Of a stretch of DNA of 64,000 nt, positions 12,501 through 19,893 are shown piece by piece (the first letter of the stretch is position 1; every line of letters starts with the position of its first letter). The stretch covers positions 124,001 through 188,000 of IMG/VR virus record IMGVR_UViG_3300020188_000808. One strand, 5' to 3'. A program made the position numbers and the translations under genes. Below the pieces are notes generated by a model. It ran no database searches. It was not told the DNA's origin and saw only the letters and a program-made list of their open reading frames with translations.

Positions 12501-15383
12501 GGAACATTCTTAATTACAACACTAGCAGAAACACAAACATTTACTGGTAATAATAGTTTAACAAGATTTGATGTTAAATGGCCAATGGACGTAAGACGTA
12601 ACCAAGTTACTATTACAGTTGACGGCATTGAAGAATTACAAGGAAACTATTCTGTTACTAATACTGAATACACTGATAAATCTTATACAAGATACAAAGG
12701 TCGTATTATCTTTGATAATCCTCCAGCTAATAATGCAGTTATTGTTGTTACATACAAAAAAGATGTATCAATGCTACAAGCACAAGACAGAATTAACTTG
12801 TTCTACAATCCAACAACAGGACAGCTAGGTAACGATATTTCACAGTTAATGGACGGTATCGATTACGGTGGAGTGCAAGTTAAGAGTTTTGCATTTAATA
12901 CTGGTACAGGTTATGGTAACGAACCATACTATACAACTACTTGGGATTCATACGATGCAACATACGAAGATGAGATCTTCCAATTAGATGGAAGTACACA
13001 AGTATTAACACTATCAGCTCCATTAGCTAACGGTGTAACATATAATGTATATAAAAATGGTATTAGAATTGATGATCCAGAATATGACGGATCAACAGTT
13101 CCAGGCAATCCAAATGCTGTAATGCTTTCACTTGTAGGTGACGGTGTCACAGATACATTTGCTATTGACAACGATAAAATTACAACTAATACTAATGATG
13201 TAATTGTTATTAGAAAATCAACAAGTGATGGTAGTTTCTTACCAGACGCTGATGCATACGACACAATGATTCAAGGCGGCAATATGGCGTATGAAACAGC
13301 AAAAGGTATTAATGCAGAAGAAATTGTTGTAGACGGTGACGGATTTGTAACTCCTTTAACATCAAAAGGACCAGAAGAATTAGTACCAGGACAATTACTT
13401 GATAGTGTAAACATTAAAGTGTATGATAGAATTAATGATGGATCAAGTATTATTAATAACTACAATTATATTTACGAAGCAAGTAATACATTTAAACTTG
13501 ATAGAGTACCAGCAAGTAATAAAGATATATTTGTTAAAGCCAATGGAACAATTTTAGATAGTTCTAAGTTTACAGTAAATTATCAAGAAAAAACATTACA
13601 ACTAGATCCAAGTGTTGCAATAGTAGCAGGCAATCCTGTTAATATTATTACAATGTCAGCAAATGGTGAAAATATTTTAGATGCTGATACGTTTACAGGT
13701 GATGGATCAACATCAGTATTTGTTACTTCAGTTAAATTTAAACAAGGACTAAGTTTGTTTATTACACAAGATGGCGAACCAATTGACGCTGTACTTGCAG
13801 AAACAGATTCAACATATGAAACATCAGGACAAGTACTACTTAGATTACCAGTTGCACCATTACCAGGAAAACTTATTCAGTATGTTATTTACGATAGTTC
13901 AGCTAAGTCGTTCTCACAAATATCTGTAGAAGAATTTACAGGTACAGGTTCAAACCAAATATTTAATCTTACTACTGCTCCGTTTACACAACGTCCATTA
14001 GCAACTAGTGTAGTTGTTAAAGTGGGTAATAAGATACTTACACCAGGATACAATCAACAGTATGTAGTTTCAGCAGTTAGAGAATATAAATTACGTGATT
14101 GGCAAGTTGGACTTGCACAAATTCCAGCAGAAAAAATTAAAGTATTTTTAAACTCTGTAGAACTTGATCAGTCAACAGGATACATTTGGAATAGATTTAA
14201 TTCAAGCGTTGAATTATTTCCTGGTATTGGAGAAAATGGAGACATTTTAGATGTTTACTTACTCGGTGACGGTGAATATGACTTTGGGCAATTTGATAAT
14301 AACGGATTCTGGGTTGAAACACCAAATACACTTTATCTAACAACTGCACCAATGAGTGGAGAAAAAATAACAGTTTATCAGTTTAGTAATCACGATGTTG
14401 CAAAAATTGAAAGAATAAATTTAGATGTTGTTGCAAGATCAACAGTAACAATAGGTACTCCAGAATATTCAGAGTATAATCAGTTAGCAAACGGATTTAT
14501 TAAATTAAGAACGCCGGCAATTGATACTCAGTATGTATGGTTAACTAAAAACGGTACACTATTAAGTCCAAATGTTGAATATGCACTATTAGAAGATAAC
14601 GTAACTGTTAAAGTGTCAATTGATATTGATGCAAACGACGAATTAGAAGTAATACACTTTAGTAATAGCACTATAATTCCTAAATTTGGATTTAGTCAGT
14701 TTAAAGATATGCTTAATAGAACTCACTTCAAGCGTTTAGGTGACGAAGTACGTTACTTCTTAGCTGAAGATTTAAACTATTATGATACAAGTATCAAAGT
14801 TAGCAATGCTGATTTACTACCGTTCCCAAATAAAGAACGTAGTATTCCAGGTATTGTGTTTATTAACGGAGAACGTATTGAATATTACTTAAAAGAAGGC
14901 GGAGTACTTAGACAATTACGTAGAGGTACACTAGGAACTGGTATTGCAACAGTACATGCTAAAGGAACTGAACTAATAGATCAGAGTAACAAGCAAACTG
15001 TTCCATACCAAGATAGAACACTTCAGCAAACATTTACAGCAGATGGCTCAACTAGTAGCATTGTAGTAGACTTTATTCCAAAATCAGTACATGAATTTGA
15101 AATATTTGTTGCTGGTAAGCGCCTTCGTAAAAATGCAATAAATACATATGATCCAACTGTTGATTTAGACAGTCCAGAGGCAGATATTGTTATGCCTGCG
15201 GAGTTTAGTGTCGATGGAGTAACTTCAACTGTTGTATTAGCTGAAACACCACCTATTAATACCAAGATAGTGGTGGTTAGACGCATTGGTAGACCTTGGA
15301 CTGACAGTGGAATTCCTTTACATAGGCAGGAAAATGACATTGCAAGGTTCTTAAGAACAACAGAGGCGGCGTTACCTAAATAA
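570..15383 (+). CDS. Giant (4937 aa) virion structural protein, baseplate wedge/tail-associated, with FG-GAP propeller, CBM5/12-like modules and beta-sandwich repeats
   Basis: Uninterrupted 14.8-kb ORF with AGGGG RBS; T/N/D/S/V-rich. FG-GAP-like blades (FGKSVAISEDGEFLIIGAP, YASAISLSDDGELLAVGAP). 'TNPGSGY' repeats typical of T4-like marine phage baseplate proteins. 'FTGDG..F' repeats near the C-terminus. Confidence 0.75.
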   Translation: MAFNDNQSDNALPVGANQNKRASVDHLPKYFRTESNKKFLSATLDQLLNPGVAEKISAYYGRRIAKARIASDNYVSDTSTDRENYQFEPATLIQDELGNVNFYKDYNDFKNQIKAFNGTVDNDSVLNKQEYYAWNPHINWDKFTNYREYYWLPNGPIGIGIVGQVKDITSTFTVTSQDNIDNTAYVFSPDGKTQNPSLKLYRGQTYTFEINTPGMPLTFRTARSLDAEVLYTTGIDDSTQTTDVGTVTFEVDINAPDTLYYINGNDINTSGLIKIYDIEDNSSIDVESEILGKKEYVMSNGYSLSNGMKVYFQGEVTPAKYAQGEWYVEGVGDKIKLVSEANVQIPGTYATDKPVPFDSENFDRVPFSNANSYAGTKDYVCMNRSSRDLNPWARYNRWTHKTVIETTATINGIVPEIDQTNRAKRPIIEFNENIKLHEFGTEAKENVDLIDTFTTDVFSTIEGSLGYNIDGVEIADGMRLLFTADTDSFVKNKIFKVKFITHNNVRQISLIRVDDTDPLLNEVVLVEAGNVNKGKMWYYNGTKWCIGQEKTATNQTPMFDLYDSVGYSFSDTLYYPSSTFVGNKLFSYKQGTGTNDVELGFPLSYRALENTGDIEFNFNLLNTFHTYQKNNAVVNVKSDSGTLRQYTDRETFTYVSGWTKGNAESKQLVNRQYIVSTQLNDFAIDVYDRSGDLNDLWTRVYVNDKRKTENTDYTINRINGVAYVTFVNDLVEDDTLLIKTDSATNKNANGSYEFPINYEHNPKNENIDSFTLGEVNDHVESITDFRDDWAGSFPGTSNLRDLGNLSAYGTRFTQHSGLANLAVYHLTDKTANIIKALKYARSEYGKFRRTFLQVAENLGFDGQTRIHFDKVIQELNRNKTNDMPFYFSDMIGHGVSNVITHTVTNASQDYYSLSAEFSLSKLSNQAVSVYRNDVLLVQGQDYIFETGFEGFVKFLADNTINDIITIYEYENTDGSYIPETPTKLGLYPAYIPVKFVDNTYGVDQNVIRGHDGSIFVAYDDFRDDLLLELETRIYNNLKVKYDPTLFDIHDFVGGSFRDTSIPKWALDKGMIAEFIDWLSVIGNVDYTDYSFYEPTNTFTYNYSATNNGAGTKNLGYWRAVYKQAFDTDRPHTHPWEMLGYSVKPTWWETQYGAAPYTSENILLWQDLEDGIAREPGAPAKYLKKYKRPNLTKWIPVDDAGQLLSPVDSNYAQEFVLGNTKNPFKFGDEGPTESAWRKSSEYPFALLISLILNQPSKVLGLGWDRSRIIRDSSGTIVYSTTGKRLRLEDLVFPNTTNDETRVNTCGLVNLIANYLNSKDINVYSNYQANVKAIDNKLGIKIGGFTEKSKFKLILDSRTPYNEGNVFVPEENYQIFLNTSSVTELVSYSGVIIEKKPEGFVLRGYDKVNPYFKWFTPTPKADDPVVTVGGISEDFVIWSENQRYTDGAIIQFNNEFYVAKGDHITDTTFEQSNYQKLVTLPVKGGRSAFFRRNFNTELIREPAELAYGTMYRTIQEVVDFLLGYGKYLESRGFSFNKFNESIGDVENWRVSAKEFLFWTTQGWANDSVITLSPGANELKFSREYNVVDNIFDTFYDYSLLKADGKKLIPEYARVARDKDNEFTLQTRNTADGIYNVSIPLVQKEHVVILDNTTVFKDVIYDQAPGYRQARLKVMGYRTDAWTGGFNIPGFIYDSAKTTVWEPWTDYAVADTVKYKEFYYVAKVKIPGTNVFNNTEWEKLEVRPEAGLKANLDYKAKQFGDFYDLDTDNFDSEQQKLAQHLIGYQKRKYLENIINDDVSQYKFYQGFIQDKGTKNSLTKLFDALSNTDADSLDFYEEWAFRLGQYGSSTAFDEVEFTLDESQFRLSPQPVELVDTISGNETDLIYRIRPFETYLKPLGYNHKPFPTNDIQQNLLPTAGYVNPEDVTLSIATYDDLLTQSITALNVGDYVWIGKRGIEWDVLKYIRTNDRVLAVQTSSVTGVEELVLTLSRQSKYTVDEIVGVVDVAGAEKFYRVKRNELDTLICYPNGETEDAELVNGFVTKFNSNRTAGFDTANLLLSDYNNDLKVGETIWIDKDIDNNWLVLKNDPVHVQQQTISNVKTSDSSVEFGKVIAADSRNTTLAIATPGNNEVYLFGRTTDTVDFNHLQTIEAPGSLYYAGNGNFGKSVAISEDGEFLIIGAPQASNVKTLYKGPFSNSENYTAGDIVSYQQGIWKANYDISAASGAFSFNSYYASHDVAVPTFKDGAYPETVYAIRGRYSFDGATDHILVRAPLNQYTGSLAGDKISLQWNQYSQNYPTGILPFGVNGPGVASFEGLKPIASKIDAILFVENILRIPAVGDIVSTDTAIGTVQDIIISNVSSAMLYMTDVNGEFESSGTLITNSVSMGTYEAVEFTNPSSAFGGWWRIDGISSFTTTEKEITIPNIVIGDIVLASESRSAEITANTMDDVYAFNQDLGNPTRGGKIGILSHYDKLGLPVTEPYWFIRSPKTITDGLNVADTFQMSINQIKDSLNTIYDPSVLGLSVNYLNQPHVVYDLWDGYIDITFTNFTPPPVQVPYVPVEGDIVTEPFTGAYAEVVYVQESLLGARVFVKNLTGTFSYGNLHGATGDLYISNWQGQGFNRLTGRMESTDLTTSYSGKYIIVRNNDSTLLQVQSPSFKNEIEFQFYKQQTILGASRPANIPSPLNKEYTQILNIPIDPADGIASSYSNEGAYFVYNKTGSGEYSLQRGYTNLLRGDNKNLGTQLEVTKHNNLYTLFVSAPGDGTGSNPGRIHFIKNGSDELGEYEWQVTRDPLYKGVFSDASPYYTNDIVLYNNQFYQSITNQVASAFSASWKLLPLHTDFLGHVPNTSGYQPDGDSTFDNDGGTLYNFAHPFTVSKNGRVLATVADFENASPKIAIYRFENGHFEYTQVINTPVTSTKYASAISLSDDGELLAVGAPLDDSVSNDNGKVYLYKNNEGIFEEFQSLFSPDSSVAERFGQTVDFSGNELMVSSQGGNLVDNTSFDRYEVPMEPQPQTYLDDSTLVTAQYVNNKESDLASETTFDNNLTQFSKENLDSGEVFVYQYIGGYLLYAEKLTFNNSNVERFGEFIHASSNHIYVSMPELSSSNTGNNFIGTVVDYKRQRNELPWSGYRNPTKQVNLSKFKGVFIYNKDGSGTSTQLDYIDAIQGKIAGPAEEELAFTTPFDPATYTTSDQTTVNVDTENYWADEHVGKLWWDISTVQWIEPYQSNIIYNTANFNKLMVGASVDVYEWVESTLTPTQWLALADTEEGLSRGISGTPKYGTNTFVTKRLFNNASSKFYNRYYYWVKNTKIIPNLENRKSSAYDVAQLIEDPAAQGYKFVAIYGNNRFGLYNCTGLVEEDKKAINFRYWTIKNQDINSHNQYQIISDGLPTSKPKKDLEQKWVDSLVGVDVYNRPVPDPALAFKQKYGILNRPRQSMFKNNIEALKQVIERTNRVLAEQLIVDEYNFDQLLSKDPAPDLISSKYDVEIDTYSEISFVNISKVKPATLTPIFEEGKLIRVDITNPGSGYITVPTYEFEQVGDGVDAQVILTLNNSGGIASVTVRNPGKNYSTNTNLAVRLFSVLVKSDENVGNKWSIFEYNTASEQYQRTSTQSYDVSAWWDYIDWYASGYSKFTEVDYIIEQSYLLTSLDDTLGDIVKIKNIGAGGWLLLEKISNEEASDYTSNYRTIGRENGTIKFKESLYNFAISYVGFDGLSYDTSFYDNQPTRELRIILKALRDDIFVDALEVEYNQLFLASIRYAFAEQPFVDWAFKTSFIKAKHNAGELQQKVTFQNDSLPSYEDFVKETKPFKTKIREYLSNYTKTDSTSSSISDFDFAPQYNEDTQKIEPASVKVKDNLIYGQDVLLDSYPNKHWVDNVGFEVTSCSISDKGLGYTEIPIIKFVGGGGTGAKALAKLGSGGSIVNIEVTNPGSGYLSAPDIEIEGSLSTVNESRIAKASAQLGNSKIRAMHLRSKFDRVSGTFLITTLAETQTFTGNNSLTRFDVKWPMDVRRNQVTITVDGIEELQGNYSVTNTEYTDKSYTRYKGRIIFDNPPANNAVIVVTYKKDVSMLQAQDRINLFYNPTTGQLGNDISQLMDGIDYGGVQVKSFAFNTGTGYGNEPYYTTTWDSYDATYEDEIFQLDGSTQVLTLSAPLANGVTYNVYKNGIRIDDPEYDGSTVPGNPNAVMLSLVGDGVTDTFAIDNDKITTNTNDVIVIRKSTSDGSFLPDADAYDTMIQGGNMAYETAKGINAEEIVVDGDGFVTPLTSKGPEELVPGQLLDSVNIKVYDRINDGSSIINNYNYIYEASNTFKLDRVPASNKDIFVKANGTILDSSKFTVNYQEKTLQLDPSVAIVAGNPVNIITMSANGENILDADTFTGDGSTSVFVTSVKFKQGLSLFITQDGEPIDAVLAETDSTYETSGQVLLRLPVAPLPGKLIQYVIYDSSAKSFSQISVEEFTGTGSNQIFNLTTAPFTQRPLATSVVVKVGNKILTPGYNQQYVVSAVREYKLRDWQVGLAQIPAEKIKVFLNSVELDQSTGYIWNRFNSSVELFPGIGENGDILDVYLLGDGEYDFGQFDNNGFWVETPNTLYLTTAPMSGEKITVYQFSNHDVAKIERINLDVVARSTVTIGTPEYSEYNQLANGFIKLRTPAIDTQYVWLTKNGTLLSPNVEYALLEDNVTVKVSIDIDANDELEVIHFSNSTIIPKFGFSQFKDMLNRTHFKRLGDEVRYFLAEDLNYYDTSIKVSNADLLPFPNKERSIPGIVFINGERIEYYLKEGGVLRQLRRGTLGTGIATVHAKGTELIDQSNKQTVPYQDRTLQQTFTADGSTSSIVVDFIPKSVHEFEIFVAGKRLRKNAINTYDPTVDLDSPEADIVMPAEFSVDGVTSTVVLAETPPINTKIVVVRRIGRPWTDSGIPLHRQENDIARFLRTTEAALPK

Positions 15384-15386
15384 ATA
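15380..15386 (+). promoter_or_regulatory. T4-late-like promoter ATAAATA
   Basis: ATAAATA (T4 late consensus TATAAATA) just upstream of the AGGA RBS of 15405; motif recurs before other structural genes. Confidence 0.55.
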
Positions 15387-15404
15387 CACTTGTAGGAAAT
15401 AATA

Positions 15405-16019
15405 ATGACAGACAAATTTAATGATAAACAAGGTGTTCTTTTGCAAGGGCACATCAAGATACACAATCCAGAGACTGGTGAAATCTTGGTGGACAAGCGT
15501 AATGCTATTCACTACGAGAACATGAGTATTTCATTAGCGGAAAGTTTATCTAATCAAGGACAGGGAATGGTGTACCAGATGGCATTTGGTAACGGCGGTA
15601 CTAACGTTGATCCAACAGGTATTATTACATACTTGTCACCAAACTCAACAGGAACCAATGCTAGTTTGTACAATCAAACATATGCTAAAGTTATTGATAA
15701 TAATAATGTTAATAACGTTGATCCTACTAGAAACAAATTAGAAACTAGACACGTAAGCGGAACAAACTACACAGATATTGTAGCAACTTGTTTACTTGAC
15801 TATGGTGAGCCAAATGGGCAAGATGCTCTTGATAATGCAACAGCTAACGACAGCTTATATGTATTTGATGAACTAGGACTTGTAAGTTATGCAACTAGCG
15901 GAACAGGCCGATTGCTAACACACGTAATTTTCCACCCTGTACAAAAATCACTAAACAGATTAATTCAAATTGATTATACTGTTAGAGTACAGAGTTTAAC
16001 AGGTTTTAACGAGGTTTAA
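15405..16019 (+). CDS. Putative baseplate/tail structural protein
   Basis: 204 aa with AGGA RBS; 'MAFGNGG...FDELGL...IDYTVRV' pattern seen in phage baseplate/fibre-attachment proteins; structural context. Confidence 0.55.
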   Translation: MTDKFNDKQGVLLQGHIKIHNPETGEILVDKRNAIHYENMSISLAESLSNQGQGMVYQMAFGNGGTNVDPTGIITYLSPNSTGTNASLYNQTYAKVIDNNNVNNVDPTRNKLETRHVSGTNYTDIVATCLLDYGEPNGQDALDNATANDSLYVFDELGLVSYATSGTGRLLTHVIFHPVQKSLNRLIQIDYTVRVQSLTGFNEV

Positions 16020-16022
16020 TAA

Positions 16023-18053
16023 ATGGCATATACTGTACAATACACTGACTTATCCCAAAAGGGTACTATTATTGTTGAAGATAATACTATCAACCAACAA
16101 ACTTCTTTAGACTTACCAGGAAGAAACACAACTGCGTATGGTACAGCTATTGCTGAAAACTTTTTACATTTATTAGAAAATTTTGCATTCAACACAGCAC
16201 CAACAAATCCAGTTGAAGGTCAATTATGGTATGATACAACACCAGGTGTTGATCAATTAAAAATTTATGACGGTACTAACTGGGTTAGTGCAAGTGGTCT
16301 TAAAAAAGCAACAACACAACCAGAAGCAAATCAATCAGTAGTTGGAGACTTATGGGTTGATACTGATAACCAACAATTATATTTGTTTACAGGTTCAGGT
16401 TGGATCTTAGTTGGACCAAGTTTTAGTGATGGATTAGCAACAGGGGTTAAACCTACAACTATTATCGGTACTGACAATGTTACATATACAGTATTAGTAG
16501 TAGAAGTAAAAGCAAAAACATTAGCAATTATTTCGACAAGTGCATTTACACCTAAAACAACATTACAAGGGTTTACTTCAATTAGACCAGGATACAATTT
16601 AAGTACATTTGATATCACTGGTTCAGGTACTGCAAAATATTTAGGTACAGCAGAAAAAGCAGAAGCATTAGTTATTGGACAAGAAAATGTTCCAGCTTCA
16701 AACTTTTTAAGAGCTGACAAAGAAACTAACAGTATAGTTCCATTAAAAATTAAAAACAATTCAGGTATCACAGTAGGTGCAGATAGTGCATTGAATATTG
16801 GTATTGAAGGACAAGCAGGTATTATTGGTCACCAAACAAGTGGATCAAACATTGATATTAGAGTTAACAACGAAGGTACAACTACTACAGTTTTACGTGT
16901 TGATTCAACAAGCAAAATTGGTATTAATAATTTAGCACCAGTTGAGTCATTAGACGTAGTTGGAAATATACAAACAGACAGTAGTGTATTAGTTAACGGA
17001 ACAACTGATTCAGCAACTATTGGTACAGGTAGTTTAATTGTTAGAGGTGGAGTAGGTATTGCTAAAAGATTACAAGTTGGCAGTGATACAAACATTGCAG
17101 GACTTTTAACTACAGGTAATATTGTTCCAAACATTACAACAACAAGAAATATTGGTACTGCTAACGAACAGTTCTTAAATGTATTTTCGCAAAACTTTAT
17201 AGGTAACTTAACAGGTAACGTTACAGGATCAGTTAGTGGAAGATCAGGATCAACTGATAAACTAGCAAGTGCAACTACATTTAGAATGGTTGGAGATGTT
17301 AGTGCTCCTGAATACACATTCGATGGTCAAGACGAAAGCGTTAAAACTTTTACAACAACTATTGATAATACATTTATTGCAAATAAAACAGAACAGTCTT
17401 TAAGTGAACCAACTGATGAATATATGTTTAACAGAGTCACAGGAGACACTGGCGTATTTAAAATTTCAAGAACTAATTTGTTTAAATCAGTTCCACAATT
17501 ACCAATTGGAATGATTACTGCATTTGCGGCTGGTGTAATACCAGCAGATTGGTTAATATGTGACGGTAGAGAAGTTACTATTGCTGAATATCAAAATTTG
17601 TTTAATGTTATTGAATATAACTTTAAAGCACAAGCACTTGTAACAGCAGGTAAATTTGCCCTACCAGACTTGCGTGGTAGATTTATGCTAGGCTTAGATA
17701 ACATGGGCGGTGAAAGTGCTAACCGTGTAACAAGTTCTGCGGCAGATACAATTGGTAACGTTGAAGGTTCTCAAACACAGAGTATTGGACTTACTAATTT
17801 ACCAGAACACGAACATGATTTACGTGGCCCAAGTGGAGACCAGTATTACACTACTAGAGATATTAGCGGAGTACCAAACGATGCACAAGGCATCCAATAT
17901 GATGCTCCAACTGGTGCCCAAGCAGGACAAGCATATCCATCATCAGGAGGTGTACTAACAAATAGCACAATTGGACAACCAATTGATATTATGAACCCAT
18001 ACATGGCAATTAACATGATCATATATGCCGGCGCTAATACAGGAGCAGTATAA
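16023..18053 (+). CDS. Tail fibre/baseplate protein with C-terminal tail collar domain (gp10/gp12-like)
   Basis: Collar motif GMITAFAAGVIPADWLICDG...YQNLF...FALPDLRGRF; N-terminal 'ENFLHLLENFA..P..GQLWYD' module shared with the next two genes. Confidence 0.8.
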   Translation: MAYTVQYTDLSQKGTIIVEDNTINQQTSLDLPGRNTTAYGTAIAENFLHLLENFAFNTAPTNPVEGQLWYDTTPGVDQLKIYDGTNWVSASGLKKATTQPEANQSVVGDLWVDTDNQQLYLFTGSGWILVGPSFSDGLATGVKPTTIIGTDNVTYTVLVVEVKAKTLAIISTSAFTPKTTLQGFTSIRPGYNLSTFDITGSGTAKYLGTAEKAEALVIGQENVPASNFLRADKETNSIVPLKIKNNSGITVGADSALNIGIEGQAGIIGHQTSGSNIDIRVNNEGTTTTVLRVDSTSKIGINNLAPVESLDVVGNIQTDSSVLVNGTTDSATIGTGSLIVRGGVGIAKRLQVGSDTNIAGLLTTGNIVPNITTTRNIGTANEQFLNVFSQNFIGNLTGNVTGSVSGRSGSTDKLASATTFRMVGDVSAPEYTFDGQDESVKTFTTTIDNTFIANKTEQSLSEPTDEYMFNRVTGDTGVFKISRTNLFKSVPQLPIGMITAFAAGVIPADWLICDGREVTIAEYQNLFNVIEYNFKAQALVTAGKFALPDLRGRFMLGLDNMGGESANRVTSSAADTIGNVEGSQTQSIGLTNLPEHEHDLRGPSGDQYYTTRDISGVPNDAQGIQYDAPTGAQAGQAYPSSGGVLTNSTIGQPIDIMNPYMAINMIIYAGANTGAV

Positions 18054-19864
18054 TGAGTTATAAATTAAATAGAACAGATGGCTCGTTGCTAGTTGATTTA
18101 GTTGATGGCAGTTTAGATACTACAACCACTGATATTTCTTTAATAGGTAAAAACTATTCAGGATTTGGTGAAAGTATCAACGAAAACTTTATTAAGATTT
18201 TAGAAAATTTTGCAAATACAACAGCACCAAGTTTACCATTAAAAGGCCAACTATGGTTTGATAGTGCAGAAGCAAGACTTAAAGTATATGACGGAACAAA
18301 CTTTAGAACTAGTGGTGGCCCGATTGTACAAAATTCACAACCAGGTGTTGGCGTAGTTGCAGGCGATCTTTGGATTAACAATGCAACAAAACAATTACAC
18401 TTTTATGACGGTACAGATTTTAATTTAGCAGGTCCAATATATACTAGCGACCAAGGTAAGTCTGGATTTGAAACTGTAACAATATTAGATAATCAAAATA
18501 ATAGTAAAACTGTTGTAAGATTTTCAATAGCAGGAACGTTAATTGGAATATTTTCAAACAACGAATTTACACCAGCGGCATCATATGCTATTGCAGGATT
18601 AACTACTATTAAGAAAGGCTTTAATATTGTTTCAACAGTTACTGATTTTGTATTTAGAGGATCATCAGATAGTGCGGCGGCAATTATTGACAATCTTGGC
18701 GTAGCAAAAAGTGCATCACAGTTTTTATCATCAGATGCAAACTCTGTTACATCTGGAACACTAACAGTTGCTAACAGCGGCGGAATCACAATTGGTACTG
18801 CACAAAATAATATTCAAAAGGTAGTTGGAACTAGTGTTGTTAACGAAAATCAATTATCAAACCATGATTACAAAATTAGAGTTAGAAAATCAACAGGCTT
18901 TGTAGATGCAGTAACAATTGACACATCAGAATCTTTTGTAGGTATCTTTAAATCCAATCCGGCACATACATTACATGTTGGCGGAGATATGAGAGTTGAT
19001 GGTAACTTATTTTTAACATCACCAGCTGTTAATATTGAAACACAAAATTTAAGAGTTCAAGATAAAAATATTGAATTAGGTATTACCAGTGATAGTACAG
19101 CATTAGACAATGCAAACGTAGACCAAGGTGGAATTATTCTTAAATCCAGCGACCTTGATAAAGAATGGCTTTGGAGAAATGCTACAGGTGCTTGGACATC
19201 AAGTGAAAACATTGATGTTGTTGCAACTAAGTGGTACAAAGCTGAAGGTGTTAACGTATTAAACAAAACAGAATTAGGGTCAACAGTAACACAAGCACTT
19301 GGACTTACAGACATTGGTACATTGAATCAGCTTAATGTTGATCAAACTAATATTGAAGGTGCAAAAATTACAACTAGTACTCCATTACAATTAGAAAGTA
19401 ATGGGGCTATAGAAATTACTAATAACCAAAGAATTACAGGACTAGCGGAACCAACAACTAATACAGACGCCGCTACTAAGTTTTATGTTGATGATCAAAT
19501 TAACTTAGAACCGGTTGTAATGAGTTTGGATATTACTGGGTTATCTAATGCAGATATTGGAACAATCATCGAAGACATTTATCCAGCAAGTAATAAGAAA
19601 ACCGGAACATATGCATACATATCTACATCAACTATTGCAGGAGCAACAGTTACAGGTATTGATGTAGATGCGGCTAAAAACATCTCATACGTTGCAGTAG
19701 ATGCTAACGGTGTGTTAAATCAAAGTGTAGTACAAGACGTTGCGTTTGCATCAGCTTCAGGCGGTGTTAATGTTACTATTACACGTGGTTTAAAACGCTT
19801 TAGAGTTGCTTCAGGCGCATGGGTATTTGATAACGATCTTGGTTCGAGCGGCGGCTTGTGGTAA
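18053..19864 (+). CDS. Tail fibre-like structural protein (paralog of 16023 and 19894)
   Basis: Same N-terminal module (ENFIKILENFA..GQLWFD..GDLW); 'ITGLAEPTTNTDAATKFYVD' fibre motif. Confidence 0.7.
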   Translation: MSYKLNRTDGSLLVDLVDGSLDTTTTDISLIGKNYSGFGESINENFIKILENFANTTAPSLPLKGQLWFDSAEARLKVYDGTNFRTSGGPIVQNSQPGVGVVAGDLWINNATKQLHFYDGTDFNLAGPIYTSDQGKSGFETVTILDNQNNSKTVVRFSIAGTLIGIFSNNEFTPAASYAIAGLTTIKKGFNIVSTVTDFVFRGSSDSAAAIIDNLGVAKSASQFLSSDANSVTSGTLTVANSGGITIGTAQNNIQKVVGTSVVNENQLSNHDYKIRVRKSTGFVDAVTIDTSESFVGIFKSNPAHTLHVGGDMRVDGNLFLTSPAVNIETQNLRVQDKNIELGITSDSTALDNANVDQGGIILKSSDLDKEWLWRNATGAWTSSENIDVVATKWYKAEGVNVLNKTELGSTVTQALGLTDIGTLNQLNVDQTNIEGAKITTSTPLQLESNGAIEITNNQRITGLAEPTTNTDAATKFYVDDQINLEPVVMSLDITGLSNADIGTIIEDIYPASNKKTGTYAYISTSTIAGATVTGIDVDAAKNISYVAVDANGVLNQSVVQDVAFASASGGVNVTITRGLKRFRVASGAWVFDNDLGSSGGLW

Positions 19865-19867
19865 GAG

Positions 19868-19874
19868 ATAAATA
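19868..19874 (+). promoter_or_regulatory. T4-late-like promoter ATAAATA
   Basis: GATAAATA in a short intergenic gap, followed by GAGGA RBS and ATG at 19894. Confidence 0.6.
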
Positions 19875-19893
19875 GTAACATAGAGGAAAAGAA

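Noticed and set aside
570-15383. Intein, intron or stop-codon recoding in the giant gene or genome
   Set aside because: No intein C1/HN-C or LAGLIDADG/HNH motifs noticed; genes are full-length under the standard code, with TAA, TGA and TAG all used as stops.
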